From an uncultured Gammaproteobacteria bacterium (lineage in GTDB: Bacteria; Pseudomonadota; Gammaproteobacteria; DRLM01): a stretch of 64,000 nucleotides of DNA. Positions 11,390 to 21,078 of this stretch are shown here, piece after piece. Position numbers and translations under genes: made by a program. The stretch lies in NCBI GenBank assembly GCA_963729605.1, contig CAVSNY010000007.1, positions 352,001 through 416,000 on the forward strand. Reading direction: 5' to 3'. Under the pieces are notes generated by a model. That model did no database searches and was not told the origin of the DNA. It worked only from the letters and a program-made list of their open reading frames with translations. Position 1 is the stretch's first letter; each line of letters starts with the position of its first letter.

Positions 11390-14300
11390 ACGAGGTGCGC
11401 CCTCGTGGCTTGATCGGGCTGTTCACGCAACACCGGGTGGCGGCCAATCTGCTGATGATTTTGATGATCATGGCCGGCGTGTGGGGCTTGGCCAAACTCA
11501 ATACCCAATTCTTTCCCAGCTTCACCCTCGACGTCATCAGCGTGCGGGTCATCTGGAGCGGTGCCGCCGCGGAAGATGTCGAGACCGGCATCACCATTCC
11601 CATGGAACAGGCGCTGCGGACCCTCGACGATCTGCACGAGATGACCTCCACCTCCGCCGACGGGGTCGCCGCGATCACCCTGGAATTCAAGGAAGGCGCC
11701 GACATGGACCGCGCCTTGGAAAAGGTCAAGGAAGCGGTGGATGTGCTGCGCAATCTGCCGCAAGACGCCGAGACCCCCGAGATCAGCCGGATGGTGCATT
11801 ACGAACCGGTGGCGCGCCTGCTGGTCAGCGGCCCCGGCGACCCGGCGGAGTTGCGTCATCTGGTGCGCGGCTTCGAGTCGCAATTGCTCGGGCGCGGTAT
11901 CGCCAAGATCGACATCACCGGCCTGCCCAAGGAGGAGATCGCGATTGAGGTGCCGGCCGCGCGGCTGGCGGAGTTGGGTCTCACCCTCGACCAAGTGGCG
12001 GCGCGGGTGGCCGGGCGCAGCGTGGACCTGCCGGCCGGCACCATCGGGCGCGACGACGCGGCGCGCCAGTTGCGCAGCCTGGATCAGCGCCGCGACGAGC
12101 GGGGCTTCGCCCAGCTGCCTTTGGTGGCGGATAACCAGGGGCGCCTGCTCACCGTGGGCGACGTGGCGAATATCCAGCGCCGGCCGCAGGATGATCAAGT
12201 CAGCGTGTGGCATGCGGGCCGCCCGGCGGTGGAGATGCTGCTCTACCGCACCGAACACGGCGATTCGCTGAAGTCGGCCCGGATATTTGAGCGGTGGCTG
12301 GCCGACACCCGGCCCCGTTTGCCGCCGGGGGTGCAGCTGATTCCTTATGACCAGGCCTGGCAGCTCATCGACGAGCGCATCAGTTTATTGTTGACCAACG
12401 GTGGCGGCGGCCTGGTGCTGGTGACGATCATTTTGTTTTTATTCCTCAACGGCCGGGTGGCGTTTTGGGTGGCGGTCGGTATCCCGGTTTCTTTTTTGGC
12501 CACGCTGGCGGTGATGTACGTGGCGGGCGGCAGCATCAATATGATCAGCCTGTTCGCCCTGATCATGGCGCTGGGCATCATCGTCGACGACGCCATCGTG
12601 GTGGGCGAGGACGCCCTCACCCATCATCAGCGCGGCGAATCGGCGCTGGCCGCCGCCGAGGGCGGGGCGCGGCGGATGCTGATCCCGGTGCTGGCTTCGT
12701 CGCTCACCACGGTGGCGGCGTTTTTACCTTTGATGCTGGTCGGCGGGCCGATCGGCAAGATCATGTTCGCGATTCCTTTCGTGATCATTTGCGTCATCCT
12801 GGTTTCGCTGCTGGAAAGCTTTTTAGTGCTGCCGGCCCATTTGCGCGGCGCCTTGGAAAAACGGCATCGCGCATCCAGTCCCTTGCGGCAGCGTTTGGAT
12901 GAGGGATTCGCGCGCTTCCGCGAGCGGCGGTTCCGGCCCGCCGTTATTTGGGTATTGGAAAACCGCGCCGCGAGTTTGGCGGCGGTAATGGGTTTGATGA
13001 TCCTTTGCATCGGTTTACTGGCCGGCGGCCGGGTGGGGTTTCATTTCTTCCCGGCGCCGGAGGGGACGGTGATCAACGCCAACGTGGCCTTCGCCGCCGG
13101 CACGCCCAAGCAACAGGTGGAAGACTTTCTCGCGCATTTGGAGGCGAGTCTGGCGGAGACCGACCGCGCCCTGGGCGGCGGGCTGGTGCGACACCATGTA
13201 GTGTATCGCGGACTCAGCACGGCGGCGGGCGGCGGCGCGGCGCGCACTGGAGAACGGTTTGGTTTGATCATGGTGGAGCTGGTCTCGCCCGATCACCGCA
13301 CGGTGCGCAATAAAGAATTCAGCGCCGCCTGGCGGGCGCGAGTGCAGACGCCGGCGGGTCTGGAGAATTTCACCATCTCCGAACGCCAGTCCGGCCCGCC
13401 CGGCCGCGACGTTGATGTGCGGCTGACCGGCGACCAGGCCGCGCGGGTGAAGGCGGCGGCGGTGGAGTTGACGGAGGCGCTCAAGGGCATTCCCGGCGTG
13501 GGCGCGGTGGAAGACGATATGGCCTACGGTCAGGAACAATTGATTTATCGCCTCAATCCGCGCGGCCAGGCCTTGGGTTTGGATATCGAGGCGGTGGGCC
13601 GTCAGTTGCGCGCGGCCTTCGATGGCCGTCTGGTGCAAGTGTTTCAGGAAGGCGCCGACGAGGTCGAGGTGCGGGTGGTATTGCCCGACGCGGAACGCAA
13701 TCGGCTCGCCACCCTGAACAGCCTGACCCTGGTCCTGCCCAACGGCGGGCGGGTGCCGCTCAATTCGGTGGTGACCTTAAGCGCGCGGCAGGGCTTCGAG
13801 GCGCTGCGCCACGATCAGGGCAAGCTGGCGGCCCATGTCACCGCCGAGGTGGACACCACTCAGAACAGCAGCGACCGCATCCTGGCCTCGCTCGAAGACG
13901 AGGTGCTGCCGGGACTGCGCGCCAAATACGGAGTGGAGACTTCGTTTTCGGGGCGCGCCGCCGATCAGGCCGAGACCTTCGGTGATATGCGGCTGGGTCT
14001 GGTGTTCGGCCTCGGCCTGATCTATCTGATCCTGGCCTGGGTGTTCGCGTCTTATGGCTGGCCGCTGGTGGTGATGACCGCCATCCCCTTCGGCTTGATC
14101 GGCGCGCTGGTCGGGCACTGGTTGATGAATATCGACCTTACCCTGCTGTCGCTGTTCGGGCTGTTCGGCCTGTCGGGGATCGTGGTTAACGACTCGATCA
14201 TTCTGGTCACGTTCTACAAAGAACTGCGCGCGCAAGGCATGGCGGTGAAAGAGGCCATCATCGAGGCCGCTTGCCAGCGGCTGCGCGCGGTGTTGCTGAC

Positions 14301-14505
14301 CTCGCTTACCACCATCGGCGGCTTGGCGCCGCTGTTGTTCGAGACTTCGCTGCAAGCGCAGTTTTTGATTCCCATGGCCGCCACGATTTGCTTCGGCCTG
14401 ATGTTCTCAACGGTGCTGGTGCTGCTGGTGATTCCGGCGCTGCTGTCGCTGCACGAAGGGCTGGCGCTGCGATTGGGGCGGCGTAGCGCGCCGGCCGCCG
14501 TTTAG
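11386..14505 (+). CDS. RND efflux permease (AcrB/AcrD/AcrF family)
   Basis: 1039 aa; GIIVDDAIVV, GIVVNDSI, RLRAVLLTSLTT. Confidence 0.95.
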   Translation: MNEVRPRGLIGLFTQHRVAANLLMILMIMAGVWGLAKLNTQFFPSFTLDVISVRVIWSGAAAEDVETGITIPMEQALRTLDDLHEMTSTSADGVAAITLEFKEGADMDRALEKVKEAVDVLRNLPQDAETPEISRMVHYEPVARLLVSGPGDPAELRHLVRGFESQLLGRGIAKIDITGLPKEEIAIEVPAARLAELGLTLDQVAARVAGRSVDLPAGTIGRDDAARQLRSLDQRRDERGFAQLPLVADNQGRLLTVGDVANIQRRPQDDQVSVWHAGRPAVEMLLYRTEHGDSLKSARIFERWLADTRPRLPPGVQLIPYDQAWQLIDERISLLLTNGGGGLVLVTIILFLFLNGRVAFWVAVGIPVSFLATLAVMYVAGGSINMISLFALIMALGIIVDDAIVVGEDALTHHQRGESALAAAEGGARRMLIPVLASSLTTVAAFLPLMLVGGPIGKIMFAIPFVIICVILVSLLESFLVLPAHLRGALEKRHRASSPLRQRLDEGFARFRERRFRPAVIWVLENRAASLAAVMGLMILCIGLLAGGRVGFHFFPAPEGTVINANVAFAAGTPKQQVEDFLAHLEASLAETDRALGGGLVRHHVVYRGLSTAAGGGAARTGERFGLIMVELVSPDHRTVRNKEFSAAWRARVQTPAGLENFTISERQSGPPGRDVDVRLTGDQAARVKAAAVELTEALKGIPGVGAVEDDMAYGQEQLIYRLNPRGQALGLDIEAVGRQLRAAFDGRLVQVFQEGADEVEVRVVLPDAERNRLATLNSLTLVLPNGGRVPLNSVVTLSARQGFEALRHDQGKLAAHVTAEVDTTQNSSDRILASLEDEVLPGLRAKYGVETSFSGRAADQAETFGDMRLGLVFGLGLIYLILAWVFASYGWPLVVMTAIPFGLIGALVGHWLMNIDLTLLSLFGLFGLSGIVVNDSIILVTFYKELRAQGMAVKEAIIEAACQRLRAVLLTSLTTIGGLAPLLFETSLQAQFLIPMAATICFGLMFSTVLVLLVIPALLSLHEGLALRLGRRSAPAAV

Positions 14506-14524
14506 AGCCTATCTCAATAGGCTC

Positions 14525-15112
14525 TTAACCGCCGATACGGCCTTCGGCGCCGCTCATCAGGCGATGGATGTTGCCGCGGTGGCGCCACAGCAACAGCACA
14601 CTCATGGCGCCGGTCATGATCACTAGAAAATAGGCGCTGTGAATGTACCAGGCCACGAAGGGCGCCAGGCAGGCGGCGCTGACCGCGGCCAGCGAGGAGA
14701 TGCGCAGCACCTTGGCCACCAGCAGCCAGACGATCAGCACCGCCACCGCCACCGGCCAGGCCGCGCCCAATAACACGCCGAAGGCGGTGGCCACCCCCTT
14801 GCCGCCGTGAAAACCGAAATACAGAGGATAGAGATGGCCGAGGAAGGCGGCCATGCCCACCGCCGCCAGCACGTTGTCGTCCACTTGCAAGGCGCGGGCG
14901 GCGAGCACGGGGATGAGTCCTTTGGCCGCATCGCCAATCAAGACGACGGCCGCGACCTTTTTGCCGGCGATGCGCAGCACATTGGTGGCGCCGGGGTTGC
15001 GCGAGCCCTGGGTGCGGGGGTCGGGCAGGCCGAGTAATTTGCAGGTGATGATGGCGGTGGACAGCGAGCCCATTAAATAGGCGCCGAGGGTGAGCAGGAA
15101 GGCGGTGGTCAT
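14525..15112 (-). CDS. plsY: glycerol-3-phosphate acyltransferase
   Basis: GSRNPGATNVLR, GHLYP, GGKGVAT, HRGNI; divergent from folB. Confidence 0.95.
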   Translation of the reverse strand: MTTAFLLTLGAYLMGSLSTAIITCKLLGLPDPRTQGSRNPGATNVLRIAGKKVAAVVLIGDAAKGLIPVLAARALQVDDNVLAAVGMAAFLGHLYPLYFGFHGGKGVATAFGVLLGAAWPVAVAVLIVWLLVAKVLRISSLAAVSAACLAPFVAWYIHSAYFLVIMTGAMSVLLLWRHRGNIHRLMSGAEGRIGG

Positions 15113-15213
15113 GGTGGGAAATGTCGGACTCGTTGATGGAGGTAGCGGTGCGGCCGCGCTTTTATCGGCGCGCCAATCCAATTATAGTGAGGGTTTTCCA
15201 AACCCTTGCAGCG

Positions 15214-15570
15214 ATGGACATTATATATCTACACGATCTTAGGATCGACACCGTGATCGGCGTCTTCGATTGGGAGCGCCGGGTCAAGCAGACCGTGATC
15301 CTCGATCTGGACATGGGCGGCGATATCCGCCGCGCCGCCGCCTCCGACGATCTCGCCGACACCTTGAATTACAAGGCGGTCGCCAAGCGGGTGATCGATT
15401 TCGTCGAACACAGTGAATATCAGCTGGTGGAGACCCTCGCGGAGCGGGTCGCCGAATTGATTCTGAGCGAGTTCGGCGTGCTCTGGGTGCGGCTGCGGCT
15501 CAACAAGCAAGGCGCGGTGCGCGGCGCGCGCGACGTGGGCGTGGTGATCGAGCGCGGGGTGCGGCGCTGA
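15214..15570 (+). CDS. folB: dihydroneopterin aldolase
   Basis: IGVFDWER, LNY, LVETLAE. Confidence 0.95.
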   Translation: MDIIYLHDLRIDTVIGVFDWERRVKQTVILDLDMGGDIRRAAASDDLADTLNYKAVAKRVIDFVEHSEYQLVETLAERVAELILSEFGVLWVRLRLNKQGAVRGARDVGVVIERGVRR

Positions 15571-15571
15571 T

Positions 15572-16075
15572 ATGGCACGGGTTTATGTGAGTATCGGCAG
15601 CAATATCGATCGCGACCATTACATCCGCGCCGGGGTGGCGGCCTTGCGCGAGCACTATGGAATGGTGTTTTTGTCGCGGATCTACGAAAGCGAAGCGGTC
15701 GGTTTCACGGGCGATCCTTTTTACAATTTAGTGGCGGGCTTCGACACCGAACAGCCGGTGCGGGTGGTGGCGGCCTCGCTGCGCGACATCGAACGGCAAC
15801 ACGCCCGCGACCGCCGCGCGCCGCGCTTCAGTCCGCGCACCTTGGATATCGATTTGCTGCTCTACGACGACGCGGTGGTGAACGACGGCGCCCTGCAACT
15901 GCCGCGCGACGAGATCACCCGCTACGCCTTCGTGCTGGGACCGCTGGCGGAGATCGCCGGCGCCGAGCGTCATCCGCTGATCGGACGAAGTTACGCGGAA
16001 CTGTGGCGGGACTTCGCCGATAAAGAGGCGCAGCCGATGTGGCCGGTGGAGCTTGAGGCGATGTTGAAAAAATAA
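15572..16075 (+). CDS. folK: 2-amino-4-hydroxy-6-hydroxymethyldihydropteridine diphosphokinase
   Basis: SIGSNI, PRTLDIDLL, FVLGPLAEI. Confidence 0.95.
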   Translation: MARVYVSIGSNIDRDHYIRAGVAALREHYGMVFLSRIYESEAVGFTGDPFYNLVAGFDTEQPVRVVAASLRDIERQHARDRRAPRFSPRTLDIDLLLYDDAVVNDGALQLPRDEITRYAFVLGPLAEIAGAERHPLIGRSYAELWRDFADKEAQPMWPVELEAMLKK

Positions 16076-16151
16076 TTGGCCGCCAAGTTTTTTCTTCCAA
16101 GAATTTGTTGGCGTATTTGGCGGCTCACGTTCGTTCAATCAAAAACCGTGG

Positions 16152-16901
16152 CTAATTGCTCAGCGAACGTCCGCCGTCCACGGTCAACACTTGGCCGGTC
16201 ATGTACTCCGCCTCCGCGATGAGAAAGCGCACCGCGCCGGCGATGTCGCGCGGCTCGCCTTGCCGCTTGAGGGCGATGCGTTTGAGGATGTGTTCGCGGG
16301 TCGCCTCGCCGGCGTGTTCCGGCCAGAGGATGGCGCCGGGGGCCACCGCGTTGACCCGCACCGCGGGCGCCAGTTCGCGGGCCAGGCTTTTGGTGAGCAT
16401 CACCAGGCCGGCCTTGGCGATGCAATAGACCGGATAACCCTTGAGCGGCCGGTCGGCGTGGATGTCGGCGATGTTGACGATGCAGCCTTGCCGCGCCGCC
16501 AGCAAGGGCGCGGCGGCCTGCGATAAAAACAACGGCGCCTTGAGATTGGTGCCGAGCAAATCGTCCCACTGCCGTTCGTTGATGGCGCCCAGCGGAGTGG
16601 GATAAAAACTCGAGGCGTTGTTGATCAATACGTCGAGCCGGCCCCAGCGGGCGTGGCTTTGCCCGATCAATGCGGGCAAGGCGGCGGTGTCGAGGAGGTC
16701 GCCCGCGATGATCGCCGCGGAATCGGGCCGTTGCCGGAGCAGTTCATCGCGCAAGGCGGCGGCGTCCTCCGCCGAACTGCGGTAATGAATCATCACCCGC
16801 ATGCCGTGACCATGCAGGTGGCGGGCGATCACCGCGCCCACCCGCTGCGCGGCGCCGGTGATGAGCGCCACTTTGTCGGCGAGTGTATGATGCGTGTCCA
16901 T
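16152..16901 (-). CDS. pteridine reductase (SDR, FolM-like)
   Basis: TGAAQRVG, NNAS, YxxxK; folate gene context. Confidence 0.9.
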   Translation of the reverse strand: MDTHHTLADKVALITGAAQRVGAVIARHLHGHGMRVMIHYRSSAEDAAALRDELLRQRPDSAAIIAGDLLDTAALPALIGQSHARWGRLDVLINNASSFYPTPLGAINERQWDDLLGTNLKAPLFLSQAAAPLLAARQGCIVNIADIHADRPLKGYPVYCIAKAGLVMLTKSLARELAPAVRVNAVAPGAILWPEHAGEATREHILKRIALKRQGEPRDIAGAVRFLIAEAEYMTGQVLTVDGGRSLSN

Positions 16902-16962
16902 GGCGGCTCCCGGTGAGTGGCCGTTCACTGTAGCGCAAAGCCAAGCAAAACGAAATTCAGTC

Positions 16963-18153
16963 ATGAGCGAGCAATCGAATAAACCACCGCTGGACCTGCC
17001 GCCGCCCGGCGCGGAGGCCGAGGCCCATAGCGCGCGTTTGCGCGCACTCATCGTGGCGGAGATCGCCGCGGCGGGCGGCGCGATTTCCTTCGCGCGCTTC
17101 ATGGAGTTGGCCTTGTACGCGCCGGGCCTGGGGTATTACAGCGCCGGCGCGCAGAAGTTCGGCGCGGCGGGAGATTTCATCACCGCGCCCGAACTGTCGC
17201 CGTTGTTCGCCCGTTGCGTGGCGCGGCAGTGCGCGCAAGTGTTGCGCGGGCTGGGACAGGGCGATGTCTTGGAAGTGGGCGCGGGCTCCGGCGCGCTGGC
17301 CGCGGATATCTTGGCGGCCTTGGCGGAGCTGGACAGTCTGCCCGAACATTACTTCATACTCGAACTCAGCGCGGATTTGCGCGAGCGTCAGCAGCGCCTG
17401 CTGCGCGAGCGGGCGCCGCAGTGGTGGTCGCGGGTGGTGTGGCTGGAGCGTTTACCCGCCGCGCCGTTTCGCGGGGTGGTGCTCGCCAATGAATTGTTGG
17501 ATGCCCTGCCCGTACATCTATTCACCATTACCGAGGCGGGGCCGGAGGAGTTGTTGGTCGGCGAGACCGGCGGGACATTGCAATGGCGGACCGCGCCGCT
17601 GTCCGACCCGCGCTTGCGGGCGCGCATTGACGCGATACGACAGGAAGGTGAAGAGGGTTTGCCCGTGGGCTACACCTCCGAGATCAATCTCGCCGCCGAG
17701 GCCTGGCTGCGCAGCATGGCGGACGTGATGGAGATGGGCGCGATCTTGCTCATCGATTACGGCTTCCCGCGCCGCGAGTATTATCACCCGCAGCGCACGG
17801 GCGGGACGCTGATGTGTCACTACCGCCATCGCGCCCATGGCGATCCTCTGATCTTGCCGGGTTTGCAGGACATCACCGCCCACCTGGATTTCACCGCGCT
17901 GGCCGAGGCGGCGCTGGAGGTGGATTTGACGGTGGCGGGTTACACCACGCAAGGCGCGTTTTTATTGGCCACCGGCATCACCGAACAACTGGCCGCCGCC
18001 GAGGCGGAGGAACAGTTGCGGCGCGCGCAAGAAGTGAAGAAACTCACCCTGCCTCACGAAATGGGCGAATTGTTTAAAGTGATGGCGCTCACCCGCGGCA
18101 TTGATGAACCGCTGCTCGGTTTTGCGTGGCGGGATCTGCGGGAAAAATTATAA
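16963..18153 (+). CDS. SAM-dependent methyltransferase, MidA/NDUFAF7 family
   Basis: GYY, GDFITAPE, EVGAGSG, NELLDALP, DYG, QDITAHLDF. Confidence 0.9.
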   Translation: MSEQSNKPPLDLPPPGAEAEAHSARLRALIVAEIAAAGGAISFARFMELALYAPGLGYYSAGAQKFGAAGDFITAPELSPLFARCVARQCAQVLRGLGQGDVLEVGAGSGALAADILAALAELDSLPEHYFILELSADLRERQQRLLRERAPQWWSRVVWLERLPAAPFRGVVLANELLDALPVHLFTITEAGPEELLVGETGGTLQWRTAPLSDPRLRARIDAIRQEGEEGLPVGYTSEINLAAEAWLRSMADVMEMGAILLIDYGFPRREYYHPQRTGGTLMCHYRHRAHGDPLILPGLQDITAHLDFTALAEAALEVDLTVAGYTTQGAFLLATGITEQLAAAEAEEQLRRAQEVKKLTLPHEMGELFKVMALTRGIDEPLLGFAWRDLREKL

Positions 18154-18247
18154 AGGGAACAAGGAAGCGCCGAATAATTCCATCCTGGAATTCATTTCAA
18201 TGGCCAGCCGCCAGGCACCGCTGAATAAAGCAGAGGTGCCTAAACAC

Positions 18248-19453
18248 TCAGGCGGCGTTGCCGCGTATCTCCAGGGCGGGTTTCACTTCAAGGAATTTGA
18301 CGATGTCTTCGTGGCGGGCCATGGCGTCCTGGTAACCCAGCGCGATCAATTCGCGGCAATAATCCTGCTCGAATAAAAGATAACTCAGCAGATTGGAACC
18401 GTTGGCGCTGAGGGCGCCGATCCGTTCGAGCATGAAGCGGATGGTGCGCGGCAACCGTTTGGCGTGACGGGCCGCGATATTTTCCAGTTCCTCGCTGGGG
18501 GCGATCACGAAGGCGTCGATATGGCGCAAGGCCACCCCGCCCTCGGAACGTTCGCTGGGTGGAATCAGGCTGATGGTGCGATTGATCCGGCGCAGGCGTT
18601 CCAAATCCGCTTCCAGGGTGTCGAGAAATATGCTGCTCAACACGTGGCCGGCGATGCGCGCCACCGAAGGATATTCTTCGGTGTTGACCCGCTCCGCCGT
18701 TTCGTAGGGTTGATTGCGCGCGCCGACGATGAACAGGCGGTCGGCGCCCATGTGCAGCGAGGGGCTGATCGGAGCGATCTGGCGCATGGAGCCGTCACCG
18801 AAATATTCGCGATGAATCATGATGGCTTGAAAGACCAACGGAATGGCGGACGAGGCCATCAGGTGTTCGATGCCGATTTGCGCGGGACAACCGATGCGGC
18901 GGACGCGCCGCCACGGGGTGATGTCATGCCGGCCCTGATAGAACGTCACCGATTGCCCCGAGGTGTAGCCGGAGCAGGTGATGCCCAGTGCGTGCAAATG
19001 GCCCGCGTCCACCGCGTGCTGGATGTGTTTGAAGGCGAGCTTGGCGCTCAGCAGTTCGGACAAGGGGGTGCGGTCGAGCAGGGCGTGAGGATTGTGTTTG
19101 CCGAGGCCGCCGAACACCATCGCCGCCAGCCATTGCGCACTGGTGGCGAGCACGCCCAAGGCGTCGGTGCGGAAGACCTGATGCGCGCGAAAATTCTCCC
19201 ATACATTCACCAAACGATGGACGCCCAGGTGAAAGTCGGCGGCATGGATGGCGAGGGTGGCGCCGTTGATGGCGCCGGCCGAGGTGCCGCTGATCACCGG
19301 AAATGGATTGGAGACGCGGCGCGGCAATACAGTGGAGATGGCCTTGAGGACGCCGACTTGATAGGCGGCCCGTGCGCCGCCGCCCGCCAATAATAGACCG
19401 GTCTTGTTGGATGGCGCTGGATGTTGTGCCGGATTCGCCATGGCCGTGTTCAC
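18248..19453 (-). CDS. patatin-like phospholipase
   Basis: GGGARAAYQ, GTSAG, DGS. Confidence 0.9.
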   Translation of the reverse strand: MNTAMANPAQHPAPSNKTGLLLAGGGARAAYQVGVLKAISTVLPRRVSNPFPVISGTSAGAINGATLAIHAADFHLGVHRLVNVWENFRAHQVFRTDALGVLATSAQWLAAMVFGGLGKHNPHALLDRTPLSELLSAKLAFKHIQHAVDAGHLHALGITCSGYTSGQSVTFYQGRHDITPWRRVRRIGCPAQIGIEHLMASSAIPLVFQAIMIHREYFGDGSMRQIAPISPSLHMGADRLFIVGARNQPYETAERVNTEEYPSVARIAGHVLSSIFLDTLEADLERLRRINRTISLIPPSERSEGGVALRHIDAFVIAPSEELENIAARHAKRLPRTIRFMLERIGALSANGSNLLSYLLFEQDYCRELIALGYQDAMARHEDIVKFLEVKPALEIRGNAA

Positions 19454-19589
19454 TCTGTTGCCGTATGCAGGGGCCGAATCAACCGCCGCTTTTAATTATC
19501 ATGTCGGCACGCGGTGGAGTTTTATGACCCCGCGCCGGAGGATTCCGATAGTATGCACCGCATGGAGGAGCAGGGGATGTTTAAGGCGC

Positions 19590-19997
19590 TTATTTATTCC
19601 AGCACCGGCGTTGCGCGTCGGTGGTGACGACCGGGCCGTTGGCGGTGATGCTGAGCGCGCCGCAGGGATCGCCCGCCTGCGGACCGCCGGACTTCGGCGT
19701 GGCGGTGGCGGTGAAGGCGTTGGCGGCGGCGGCCGTAATGGCCAGGGTGTAATACCCTTCCGAGGAATCGCTGCCGCTCCAACCCAAGTTGCTCAGACTG
19801 TTGGTGTAGGAGGTGTTGTTGGCCCGCCATCTTTCCTGGAGGGTTTGAATTTGCAGCAGACTGGTCATGGCATCGGCGCGGCGGCTTTTCCTCATCGAGT
19901 CCTGATAGGCCGGGATGGCGATGGCGCCGAGGATGGCGATGATGGACACCACGATCATCAGCTCTATCAAGGTGAAACCGCGTGCCTTTTTACTCAT
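19590..19997 (-). CDS. pilE: type IV minor pilin PilE-like
   Basis: G|FTLIELMIV prepilin site, RRADA, C-terminal Cys pair ending CW. Confidence 0.8.
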   Translation of the reverse strand: MSKKARGFTLIELMIVVSIIAILGAIAIPAYQDSMRKSRRADAMTSLLQIQTLQERWRANNTSYTNSLSNLGWSGSDSSEGYYTLAITAAAANAFTATATPKSGGPQAGDPCGALSITANGPVVTTDAQRRCWNK

Positions 19998-20228
19998 GTT
20001 GGTCATGTGGGGCCTTGCCTGCCGATGGGGTGAAATACGTCCATTAAGCGACGCCGCCATGCCTGACGGGTCTGTCAAAACTATCGGCGGAGGGGCTGAT
20101 AGCTTTAACTTGAAACTGGCGACCACTTCACGGTTTTGACGGTTTTGTAAGATGAGACGCGCATAACGCTGCGTGATCGACGCTGGTTTGAGGCTGGCCG
20201 GCTCACGCTCTAGGCTGTGAGGTGTTTC

Positions 20229-20262
20229 AAAAACGCAAAGGCAGCCGAAGCCGCCTTTGCGT
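20229..20262 (-). terminator. intrinsic terminator after nrdJb
   Basis: ACGCAAAGGC...GCCTTTGCGT stem followed by a T run on the minus strand. Confidence 0.6.
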
Positions 20263-20292
20263 ATGGAGTTTTGAGGACACGCCGGATTCAGC

Positions 20293-20994
20293 TCAGCCGC
20301 ATTTGGAATCGCCGCAATTGAGACAGGTCAGGCAGCCGTCCATGATGATGGCGGCCTTGGTGTGGCATTTGCCGCACAATTGCGCGGCGTCGGGAAAACC
20401 GCTGTTATGGCTGGCACCCTCGGCATGGGCCTTGTCGTATTGGGCGCGTTTTTCCGCGATGAGTTTTTTCTGGTGTTCGTCGGGACCGTCGTTCTTGATC
20501 AGGCCGATCATGCGCAGGTGATTCTCGATGGCGTCGCCGATCTCCGCCACCAGCGACGGCATGTATTTGCCGCCTTTTTTGAAATAGCCGCCGCGCGGGT
20601 CGAACACCGCCTTGAGCTCTTCCACCAGGAAGGTGACGTCGCCGCCCTTGCGGAATACCGCCGAAATGATGCGGGTGAGCGCGACGATCCACTGGAAATG
20701 GTCCATGTTCTTCGAGTTGATGAAGATCTCGAAGGGGCGGCGCAGTTCGTGGGGCGTGCCGGCGTTGAGCACCACGTCGTTGATCGTGACGTAGAGGGCG
20801 TGTTCCGACAGCGGCGTCTTCACCTTGTAGGTGGAGCCGACCAGCATGTCGGGCCGCTCGATCTTCTCATGCATGTGAATGACGTTGGAATCATCCTCAT
20901 CGCGCGCCGTGTTTTGCACGGCGGCGGCCGGCGTGGTTTCGTCGGCCGAGACTACGCTGTATTTGACGATTTTTTTCTCGATCTTGATGCTCAT
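20293..20994 (-). CDS. nrdJb: class II RNR small part NrdJb (TSCPD + Zn ribbon)
   Basis: PFEIFINSK, C-terminal CGKC...CLTCLNCGDSKCG; directly downstream of nrdJa. Confidence 0.85.
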   Translation of the reverse strand: MSIKIEKKIVKYSVVSADETTPAAAVQNTARDEDDSNVIHMHEKIERPDMLVGSTYKVKTPLSEHALYVTINDVVLNAGTPHELRRPFEIFINSKNMDHFQWIVALTRIISAVFRKGGDVTFLVEELKAVFDPRGGYFKKGGKYMPSLVAEIGDAIENHLRMIGLIKNDGPDEHQKKLIAEKRAQYDKAHAEGASHNSGFPDAAQLCGKCHTKAAIIMDGCLTCLNCGDSKCG

Positions 20995-21078
20995 GTCGGG
21001 CTCCTTGCAGGGGCGTCCTGTCGGTCGGCGCTGCGCGCCGGGTCGGTGGGTGCGCTGCGCTCACCCACCCCGCAGTAG

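Noticed and set aside
20020-20150. c-di-GMP riboswitch upstream of pilE
   Set aside because: A hairpin is present but the GEMM GNRA/receptor and GCAAA/ACGCAAA elements could not be matched.
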